Virus record (IMG/VR): IMGVR_UViG_3300005512_000171
Location: 1 to 33,588 of that record
Direction: 5' to 3' (one strand)
Origin: a virus
Taxonomy: Duplodnaviria > Caudoviricetes
Length of the DNA stretch: 33,588 nucleotides
Shown here: positions 8,220 to 20,200 of the stretch, one piece after another
How the letters are laid out: each line of letters starts with the position of its first letter
Numbering within the stretch: position 1 is the stretch's first letter
Position numbers and translations under genes: made by a program
The notes under the pieces: model-generated
The model's input: the letters and a program-made list of their open reading frames with translations, nothing else
Database searches by the model: none
What the model was told of the DNA's origin: nothing

Positions 8220-11200
8220 CAGGTAAACTGGTAGTTCTAGCAGCAATGAACTTACTTATCGGTGTGCTATTTTCAAGCAGCGTAACACCTGTAGTAGCGG
8301 TTGTAGTGCCTTTATCATACCATGTAGTTCCTGTCCTTTTTATAACAGTTATACGTGTTCCTGCTGTCGGAACTTCAGTTAATCTTATATACGGATTTAC
8401 ACCGTCAACAGCAAATTCTGCATCAATTTCTTTGTCTGCGCCAGGGCTGACCGGTCCAAGAGCTTCGTCATATACTGTGAGTGGAGTTTTGCGTAATCTC
8501 TTTCCGCCCACAAATATTTCAATAGTATCACATCTTCCATAGTCAGCAGGTATAGTACTAGCAGTCCAAGATCCAAAGTTTGATTTTGATGGTACAAAAT
8601 CTAGTGGTCCTATTAGTGCAGAACTACCATCACTTACGAAATCTATTCTTTCTTGTGTATCTGAATATGGTATATTTTCGTTTGGACTTACATCAGCCAC
8701 TAACGAATCCTGGGCATGTGTTTCTTTTATAGCGGTTCCGTTAACACCACGTCTCAGTTGGCTCAAGACATTGTTAGTTTTTTTCATGTATTCTATTCTT
8801 TCACCATTGATTTCAATTATTCCTGGAATATTTCTATTTCTTACTGGATTGAACAAATTAGATGCATCACTTAATTCTATAGTTTCATCAAAATAATTCA
8901 AAACCTTTGAAAGATAAATCTGTTTTGAGGTTGAATATCTATTGTATCTATACACATTAAGCATGTCCTTGCTTATTTCATAAGAACTAGGCATTTTGTA
9001 TGTATTTGTTCCAAAAGTTGTAATTGTAATTACGTCTGCATCAGATGTTTCAATATTTAAATAGATAACGCCTCTAGGCAATGATATATTGTAATCTTTA
9101 TCCTGAGTTAGTCTTACACCATTTTTATAAACCCAAACATATGAAACACCCAGTGGTGCATAAGGCAATTCATAATTTACCTTGCCTCCTGTAGTTCTAT
9201 CGCTGTATATCTCCATACTAGGATATTCACTAAACCATGTTACATCTAATATATCTCCAGATGTAAATGAAACACCATTTGCAATGACAAGTCTATTATT
9301 GCTTACGGAATATTCTGATCTTAGATCATTTTCAATCTTAATAACATCACCAATAGACAAGATACTAGTTTCTATAGTTAATACTTTTGTTGTTCCATCA
9401 TATACATAGTCCTGAATAAATGTCTTTTGTTCTCCATTTACAAATACCTTTATATTTGCAGAAAGGATGGCACCAGATGCTTCTAACGGATCCTGTCCTA
9501 AAGTAAATGTGTTTGTTAATCCATCGTAAACTGAATAAATTGTATCAACGCCTTTTAATTTTACACCATTTATTTCAACAACCATAGATGAAATAGAACT
9601 TTCTCTTGACAAGTTAACAAAGTTATCTAAATCAATTGTTCTACTTGTTCCTAAAGTCGTTGTCTGCCTGTTTATTCTTACAAGGCCCAACTGTCCACTA
9701 TCAACATCACTGTTAGATTGAAAAACAACAATTTTAATTACACTTCCTGCTACAGGAACAGTTCCAAATTGCACTAGTGTTCTTCCCTCTGTATCCACCG
9801 TATCCGTGCTGTCACTGAAAACTGCATCCTTTTCTACTCCATCAATTGTAACAAATATACTGGTAGTTAAATTATAAGGTGCGTCTGTAAGAAATAATCC
9901 AGTATCTCCGTCCGCTATAAACTCTTGATAATCTAAAAGTCCAACCCCTCCTATTCCTATAGAAATTATTTCTATTTTTTTGTCAGGTGCCGGTGTAGAG
10001 ACAAATTCTATTGTGTTGTCACTAACTGTGTAGTCAGTATCTAATACTTGTTTTATTCCATCAATGTAAACTAAAACTGATTTATCTTCTATTATTTTCT
10101 GCCCAATGTCATACACAGAAGTAGATCCATCGCTAATAGTAACATTTGATTCAAGTGGTGCTGCTCCGCCGGACGTAGTTTGGAAAACTTTTATACTTAG
10201 GTTATCTAACACCTGCCCTGGAATGTTTTCTTCCGGGGAAGGAACCTGTTCTGGTCCTATGAATCTTCCGCCTGTAATTTTAATTTCTTCTACAGTTAAT
10301 CCTGTTGCAGTGGAATATGCTCCATCTATAGCAGATAAAGAACCACCACTTATATTAGTATCAACGATATTAGGATCAGTAATAGTAACTGCTCCATCAC
10401 TTTCAACAGGACGGAATATGAGTATATCACCATCGGCTGTTCTAATATATGATCCAATCTCAATAACATTGGTTGACCCATCACCTATAAAAGTAGGCAT
10501 AACTGCATTTTTATTTGTTATTAGAGAAGAATCTGCTCCACTATTAAAATATGGATCATCTATTCTTATTACTGGTGGATTTTTAATTGACTCTGAAACC
10601 TGCAAATCATCAATAGTTGGTAAAGTACCTTCTCCTGCACGTTTTAAATAAATGTTTATCTCTTGACCATCAGCAGGTATGTAAGGTAATGTAACTTCAT
10701 TTGTGCTGCCATCTGCCACTACATAGTAATCTGCACTGCTTTCAACACTGTCCCAACTGTCAGTAAACCAAGGAAGAGCGTCCCAGCCTCCAGTAACATC
10801 AAATGTAGTACCTTGGATTTGTACCCCACCGTAATCTATACCTGTCATTAACTGATCTAATTCTTTACCTTTCATTCCTTCTGTTGGAGAATAATATTTG
10901 TTAATTCTGTTTACACTATCAAGGAGTTCGTCATTTTTACTATAATCAATCTTGATTATATCACCTAGTTCGGGCGCGACATTAAATATAATTCTACCTT
11001 GTATTAGGCTATAACCATCAATAATTTTAGTAAACACCGAAACACTAAAGTCGCTGCCTAAAACTGTTTGGTTATTTTTCGTAATGCTTATTTTAGTCTT
11101 ATCAACTGTTGGCGCATATCTAAGATCAAATACTGCTGTTGTTCCAGTCGCTGTGAATGTTTGACTGTCAGTGAAGTTTGATAGCAATCCTTCCTTGTTT

Positions 11201-14200
11201 ATTCTATCAAATTTTACTTTCAATTTGAAACTTCTGCTATTACCCTCACCTAGGTATGCAACTGCCTTGGCAATATCAGATGATGCACCATTTCCTCCTA
11301 CAAGACTTACTTGTGGAATTGATGTGTATCCACTTCCCTTGTTTAAAATTCTTACACCAGTCACCTTACCACTAGAAACAAATGCCTGTGCAGATGCACC
11401 GGTTCCATTTCCTTCAATTACAACTCGCGGTGGACTTGTGTATCCACTACCCTGATTAGAAACTATTATTTCAGTAATGCTGTATCCTTTGTTATCAAAC
11501 CACGTTTTCCAAGGCTGTTGAGACATCAACGGATTGTTTTCATCTACTGCTATAATCTTTCCAGCGGTTGCTGAATATACGGCAGGCAAGTCAAAGTCGT
11601 TTGTAGATACTCCATTACCTTCTAATTGATTGTAGCGACTTACATATTCTCTAATTGTAGTCCTATACGGTTTGACTTCTTCGATATAATTTTGAAAACT
11701 TTCAAGATTATCATTACTATAATTTGGAATAACCTTTAAATTACCAACATTGTGTATTGCTTTTAGAAAACTTGATTTGAATAACCAGTCAACATATGTT
11801 TGTTCGTGCATTACATATCTTACACTGTTAAAGAACAATCTGTTCCATTCTATCTTGTAATCTCCTTGGAATATGTTATCCTTTACTGCTTTAAGAACAT
11901 TTCTTAATTCAGCAGTTGGTTCAAGGTCGTATAATCCAGTATCAAAGTTTATGATATTATCAAATCCAACTCCAGACACAGAAATGTTATATAGGTTTTC
12001 AGAGAGTTTAATTGTGCCATTTTGTCTGCCCACTAGTTCATAATTTCCTAAAGGCAAATCACTTGTGTCATTTATTTTTTCAAAAACTGCCCAACCGCCT
12101 GAACCATATTCCTTAATTCTTATTAGATCACCAACAGCAATTGTTATAGACGGTTCAACCGAAACGTCTAATATTTCTTTACTAATTCTACTTGTAGTAC
12201 CATAGCCCGATTTCCACCAATCTACATAACTCCAATACTTGGTAGTGTCAAAAGCCTGAGACGCACTTCTATAAAAGGTTTTCCTTACATCATCCCATGC
12301 ATATATCGACCAGTAGTTGTTGGCAGTATTATCGCTTTCAACTAAAACTGAAAATTGCCTTACTGCAGGATTTGCACTTGTATAATTTCTACCACCGCTT
12401 ATTACGGCAACTTCTACTATTCTTCCTTGGTTATCAATGTGCGTTACTGCTTCTGCTCCTATACCATCTCCTTGTATTGTAACTGCTGGCCCAGGATAAA
12501 TGCCTGGCGCTTCTGTATCAAACAATTGCTGTGGCTTATATCCAAATCCAGGATCAACAATGTTGATTGATGTGATTTCATTATCAACAATATTTGCCGA
12601 TAAAACTGCTTGTTTTACTCTAACGGTACCAACATTTTCTAAATCTATTATGCTATCAACTTTTACATCATACAAATATAATTCTGATGCAGGTTGTGGA
12701 TCTACTAAGTTTAAATTTTCAAAATTTATAGTATTTGCAAATGCAGTTTTTAAAAGTATACCATTAATGTACTCAATCGTTTGTCCAAGTATTTGTTTCC
12801 TATTTGCAAACATGCTCTGTCTTGGACGGAAACCAACTCCATATTTTTGTTTTTCAGGAAGCAATGGGTCTGGAACTCTGTTACCTTGTAAATCATATCC
12901 TACTAAACTGTCTATCCATTTCTTTTCTAGTCTAGTATTTGGTACACTGTTTTCATCATTTTCAGTAAGTAATAAAAACTCATTGTGAGATGCATTATTA
13001 TTCATGCTTGAAGTATAATACTCAAGGTTTAAAATGCTTACACTGTCACCCACTATAGTTTTGTAATTATAGAAAAATATTTTATCGGAGGCGGCTAAAG
13101 CAATGTACGTATTTCCTATCGTGGCCGGATTGTTTATAAGTGCACCAACTTCTGCTGCACTTATAATTCTTCCTATTTTGTTTTCCGGTACGGTTACTTT
13201 GTTCCTTACCCAGTAATAATATTTTGTTTCTGTAACCAATCCCGTGTTTACATTCAAAAATTCTTTTACGCTATAAACTGTGTCGTCTGAATATAAAGGT
13301 TGACCTGATACGCCTAACTGAAGTCCTTCTGCAGTATCGGCTAACACTGACCACTCTGACGGTAACAATTTAGATTCTACCCATTCATAAACAGCAATTT
13401 CAGATCCTTCTGCTTGGGAACCCCAGTTTGCTAGTCTATAGGCAGTATCACCTTGTTCATAATCAATCCATTTAACAACGCTAATGTCCCACCATAATTT
13501 TCCAACATTCTTATCAAACCATGCCACGGTGTCATCAACCACAACACTATCAGTTCCTACATTATAGGTAGCAGGATCGTAAAGTGTCTTGTACTCAATT
13601 TCTTTTTCTGCCGCTGATAAAATCTTAAGTTTGGCCGGATCAACTACTTCAAGGTCCTGTATCTTGCTGTCACCTATTTCATTATAAAGTGCAATTCTTT
13701 TTATTCTACTTAAATCAACCCTATCAGGCTCATTTCCTATGACTTTTAGACTTTCTATATTAGAATCCTTTCTAAATAGTCTAACCATTCCTGTCACCTC
13801 ACCAGTGAAATCAAGTGTTGGTCCATGAATTGTAGGTTCAATGTAGTTAGGTGATCCAACAACTATAACATCATCCGAGCAATAAACGCTGTAACCAAAA
13901 GATTCGTTTGTGCTTAAATCATCTTCTAGTTTTTCTGTAAGTAAGTATCTTGACCCTTTTAAATTAAAAACATAAACCGCACCACTGTAACCACCATATG
14001 TGCTGAAACTGGTATTTTTTTCATCAAAACTCGTCGAACTAGCATCGAACCTAATAGGTAGATTGTACCCAGTGTTGTTAGCACCAATTACAATTTTACT
14101 AGAGTTACTGGTTATACACGCTGATTGACCAAAATACTCATTTGGATACAATCCATAACTTTCTATTTTCTGTTTTAATCTATATCTTTGCTGAGAAGAA

Positions 14201-17200
14201 TCATTTTCATATTTGAATATATAAGCACTGCCTTGATTTTGTAAATTTTTGTCAGCCTTCGGACTTGTTACAATTAGAGTATTACCAGAATGATCAACAT
14301 CTAATGCATACCCAAACAAGTCACCGGTGCTTATAATTTCAGTTTCGCTAAGGTCACTTATTTCTGACAAACTTTCAGCCGTGATTGTTTGTTTTAAACT
14401 ATAAAAACCATTATCATTTTTTGTATAAACAAAAACTTTACCAACTGACTCAGAACTGCTGTCTCCAACATTTACCCAAGGATAACCTTCATCAGGTGGT
14501 TGGTTAAAACTTCTAATTGTGCTGTCAGGACCTACCGCAGTTACACCAAGATTTTCTAACCTGTGATACCCTCCTTGGTATTTGACAACATCATTTTCAG
14601 AATATTCATAGTTTGGTTGCCAATTTCCTCTATAGTTTGCAAAATATTGTCCATCGGCTTGCACTGCTCCAATTATTAAAATTGAAGCATCATTATTAAA
14701 TACAAGCGAACTACCAAACTTATCTCCTTCTTTAACTAATTCTGCTAATTGATCCGAAGATAATATTCCAGATGCTAGTGTTGACCCATCATCTTCTATA
14801 CTTACACTGGTAGGTAATGATACGTTAGTGTTTATTTCATCTAATTTAATCCAATCGTTACTTTCAATTGTTATAGTACTCCCGTCACCTTCATTGTCAG
14901 CAAGAGCCTCCCAAAGGTTTCCGTTGTAAAACACTATTGATCCCTTGGGATAAAAACTTGATTGGGTGACTGTTCCTGTTCCTTCTCCTCTCTGGGTTGC
15001 AACAAATGTTTGACCTAATGTGTTTGATAAAGCACCTATAGATTCAAAATCAGTTGTACCTATTGTGTCTATGGTGTAAGTTCTTCCAGCAAGGATTTCT
15101 GTTACAGAAAGATTACCGCCTGGTTGGTATATACCTCTATAATTAGAATTCTGTATAAGTTCCCATCCTGCCGCATCTGTATAGTTATATAGATAAACTC
15201 TTCCTTTGGTATCATCTAAACCAGGAGCACTTACAGCCATTGTGTATCCTGTGGCAGTCTTAGCAATGCTTATTTTACTACCAAAGAATTTGTCCCCGTC
15301 TGGTCTAGGGCTTACAAAACTTCCTATGTAATTCCATTGCTGAGCATTAAAACGATAAATGCTTATCATACCTTGATTAGGATATCCTTCGTTTGTGCCG
15401 CTCTCAAATGCTTCTATATTGTATACTTGTTCCCAATCTTCTGTATATACGTTAATAGTGCTTCCATCACCTAGGATAGAATTTTTTGCTTTCCACAAAT
15501 TTCCTTCATATAAAACTATATCATTAGGTGCATACGTCTTGTATGTAGAAAAAATTCCTTGATAATTTGTTGTCACACCACTTGCACCTGGAGAACCAAC
15601 TATTAACCATTCATGATCGCTAGTAATTGCTAGCTCTTCACCAAATGTATTAGAAACAGCAGTGCTAAAACCTGCAAGTGGTTCTATAATTTGTTTTACT
15701 GCTAAACCAGTTGAAGTTTCTACGTATACAACTACTAAACCCGAGCCGCTGATCGATGCTATTGTTTGTTGTAACTGTTGAGAATACAAAACTTTTTTAC
15801 CAGTGTGTTTTGGAGTTGTGCTACCAAATGCTTCTATTTTTTTGGCTGAATATATTTTGTTTTTCTCAACAACTTCCCATCTGTTGTTTCCGTTATTATC
15901 TATGAATAATTTAGATTTATTGTCCAACAATGCAGTTGCTTCAACATCTAAATTGTCGTAATTACCAAATCTCGCATTCGTTAGCAATATAGGATAATTT
16001 AATGAACTTGGTTCAAAATCTAAATCAGTTGGTGGTGTTTCTGTGTCAAATGAAACTGTAAAATTAGTAACACTCTTTATTTTATGAAACCCGTCAACAT
16101 CTCCAAATGTTTTTAATCCTATGATATCATCTACACTTAAATTGTGTCTCTTACCAAAAGTGAGCGTAACCGTATTTTTTTCAGTAATTATATTAGTAAT
16201 AGGTAATTCGTTAACAAAATTTATCCTTAAAACTGTCCAACTCTGCTTATCAAAAGTTACCCAGATGTGGTCATTGTTTTCAACTTCATCTATATTAATG
16301 TTTAAAATATCATCTCTGTTTTTGACAATGTATTTTGTTTGATCTACTTTTACATATCCTGCAGTTCTTAAATACTGTTTTTCACTAGTTACAGGATTAA
16401 TATTCGTTGTATATGGAATAGGTGCGAAATTAAAATCAGATTGGCTTATTCTATAGTATCTATCAACTGTTTCTATATTTTCAAAATCAGTAACTATTAC
16501 TGGTTGGGGATTTAAAACAAAATTATCTGTGTCTAATTTTATTTCTACAACCTTGGATTGATCTATTCCTCCAAGAGTTCCAACCTTAAATGCCCATTCT
16601 TCTTTCAGTGTTACGCCACTTCCATCAGTTCTACCAAGTTTATTGAATATTTTTGTAAATGAATTATTAGTGCCTTTTTCTCTAATAAATCCCTGATACA
16701 ATCTAAACTGTGTAACGCTATCTTCTGCTAGATTCTGTAGATAATTCCTAGTCTGATACCCAATTGTATGTCTTGCTAGATCTCTCTGGCTCTGTGATAA
16801 TCCTTCAGTGTCGACATCAAAATAATCTTCCATTTGATTAATTCTAAAATCATAGTTGGGAATTAGTCTCTTTGTTGGTGTTGAGTCAAGCACCGTCCAG
16901 TTATTTGCATTAAATTCTTCGTCACTGGTATGATTTCGTTTGCTGGTGTAGTTTACACCCTGGTAATTTATTATATCACCAAGTTTATAGTCATTGAATG
17001 GTTGCCATCCGTCAATATTTACATTGTCAAATAGGAATCCAGGCGAAGTGTAATCACCGTCCCAGTCTACCGTGCGGAATCCCTGTACCTTAATTCGTTC
17101 CTGGCGATAACCAGTTGGCTTGTCAAATATTACATCGTTAAACACAGTCCTATCATTAAAAATGGCAACATGTTCCTTGAGAACATAATTTAATTTTAGA

Positions 17201-20200
17201 TAGAATAAACCTCTTGTGGTATCATTTATTCTAAACGTAAATGTTTGGAATTCTCTGTTGACATCAAAATTGTTAACATCCATAGGTTCACCGGTGTCGG
17301 TAAGCACATTGTAATCATAGAAACTGTCAAGGAGATTATCAACCACTCCAACAGGAACTGTGACCTTGATTTGTTCCGCACCCGGACTTACTGCCAACAG
17401 TGATCCTATTGCCCACTCATTGCGTGTCCAAAACATGAATTCCTTGGCAGCAGTAGTAAAATCCTGCATTGCCTGATTATCCGTACTGTAGTTTTCAAAA
17501 ATAAATCCTTGGCTCTTTAGATATTCCTCATAGCCTAGCAGGAAGTCAACCACGTCCTGTACCCCATTAAATGTTGTTCCGTAACTTATTTTGGTTGTTC
17601 TAAATCTGTTGAAGTTCCTTCGGCGCTGTGCGGTTGCCGCACCAATGATTGGTAATTCCGGTAACTTTGTCCAGTTATCATTTTCAAATGCATCCGCACT
17701 GGTGTGTGTCAGTTTTGCCCTGTAGAACATGTTTCTGTACTGCACTATCGCACCATTGTTATACAGTTGGTTTGACGTCCAATCAACAAACGTTGAACTT
17801 ACTCCGCCAACGGATATTGTTGGATCCTTCTGATTAGGAACTGCTTCATAGATTTCAAAGTAAGGATTTACGTCATCATAACCATTGACTATCCATCCAC
17901 CTTCCGTCTTTTCAAATATTATACCACTGTAGCTCACGGTCTGGATAGGAGCACTTACATTAAAGAAAATATTGTAGTTTTCCTCGGGAATGAATATGCT
18001 TGAACTTGCTGCGGCTGGACTCTTGGAATCTAGTAGGTATTTCTGTTGCGTCTTGTCAACGAATCCACTCAACCTCGAAGTCAATCTAACGTTTATATTT
18101 GACAATACATCCTGTGCAGCACTTATAGATTTTCCCTGTGACTTGATGTAACTGCTAACATAAAATGCCAACCCAGATGTAATAGTTTCACCAGTTATAG
18201 GCAAAAGTATTTCAGATGGCTTGATAAACACTCCCGTGCTCTTGCTTACTATCTGCTCCGCTATGTTTCTCTTTGTTTTGCTTCTATCAAAATTTGCAAT
18301 AATGTATTCAAATGGACGCAACAAACAAAGTGCCAGTGTTACCACGAATGGAAACTCTGAACTACTTCTGTATGCATATTCAGTCGGAGATACGTCTCCT
18401 AGTTTGAAACTTCCCTTGTTGTTGGTAAGTGTGAAGTTTCCTGACAATCCACTATCAAGAGGACTTAGCAGATTGCCATGCTCATCAACTGGTAAGTGAC
18501 GCATGATTGATGTTCTTGCATATCTCTTGTAGGTACCAGCCCTATCTCCCTTACGGATTATACCATCTCTGATATCCTCCCAAAGAATTAGGTTACCCGA
18601 GGTGTATGGAGCCGCACCGTATTCCGTTTCCCACCATGCGGGTTTTTCCGAGAAACCCAAACACTCCCAAGGACAGCGATGGGGTCGATCAGTGTCATAG
18701 AAATATCTGTAAACTCCTCTCCACCAGCCAGGTAAATTTTCTTGTCCATCCGGATCCGTCATGTTTGAATAGGTGTAGGTAAACGTTTCCGTGTCGCGGA
18801 AGTAATCATTTGTTGTATAGCCAAGATTGGTATTGGCTACCCAGCGCAGGAACTCCTGGTTAGCCACAGTATCAAATTCTGCCTTGGTAAACACGGAGTT
18901 GCCATAGTAACCTCCCAAGTTAGCATCAATATCAAATACTGAGGGATCATATTCCTGTTTTATATTATTGTAAATTCTGTACTCAAGTTCAAGTAGCACA
19001 TCGTCTCTAAAATCACCGTAGGCAATCGTGATGCTGCCATCGTGTCCCTGGATAACCTCCTGTGGTTCTCTATATGTGTCGTCCACAAACTTCATTGGTG
19101 TATATTTCTTGTACAATCCTATTGAAGTTGGAGTCGGCGGAATGTGACAGGATGCAGTTGAAACGTATTCCCTAATTTCTATTGTATCTCCTTCTGCCAA
19201 ATCAACAGTTAGGGTTATGAATGCAAATTCCGAATTGAACGAGTAGTCACTGCCATTGAGTAACTGCACACCATTCTTGTACACATAAACCGCACGCCTG
19301 CTAAGGGTTTCTAGGTCAAAAGTTTCATTTAGCCCGAATGTGCTTATTCCGGGATCGTCAACAGTATATTCAATCTTGGTGAACGCACCCGTTCCAACCA
19401 TGTCACTGTCAGCAAATGCACTAGAGGGACTCTTAGTTTTGTTCAATTCTTCAAAGATGCCGTCTACCAAATCCGGTATGCTTTCAGTATCATCAACTTC
19501 ATATGCCTTCTTTATAAAGTTTTCCTTAAACAGCGAATACTGCTTCTTGGCATTCTGTATTGATTTGACAATATTAAGTTCCTTGTCACACAGCATCAAC
19601 AGTGCTGAAGCAGCGACTCCGCTGTGCTTCAGAAATCTCTTGGCATTCACCGTAAAATCGGAAATATCTCTAAGGTTTGATACTCCAGGTAAATTACCTT
19701 GGAATCTTGTATCAAATTCTAACGCAGTTCTTACGTGGTCCGTAGCCTGTCCAAGCGTAAAAGTAGAAAGCGTTTCATTAAGTGGATTCTTTTCTATTCC
19801 CACTGGAATTTCATAGTAACCTCCTTCTGGTTCTAGCTCTCCCACAACTTTAATTGTAAGCACATCCTTGGTCTGGAATTCGGTTGTGAATGTAAACTGT
19901 TTGTCGTTTCTTGAGTATTCTTCCTTGAATTCCTTTCCATTTAGATAAAAAATAATATCTGTTGTATCATTAATCAACGTAAAGTCAACGGTGTTAAATT
20001 CAACGGTGTTGGTAGCATCAACTATTGTTACGCTGTCAACTATGGGCTGTAGATACTTTGCGCTGGTTTTTATCCAACCATTCTCATATCCATCATTCAC
20101 TCTATAATAGTGCTTGTTGATGTTGTCGGTAAAAGCCTGTTGGTTAATCGTGTATGTAAAAGTTTCTGTTTCCCAGTTCCAATCAAAAACAATGTCACCA

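Noticed and set aside
8208-8246. ORF-track start at 8246 for the 235-aa protein
   Set aside because: It overlaps the end of the giant gene and lies upstream of the late-promoter-like motif; ATG at 8207 or 8186 fits better.
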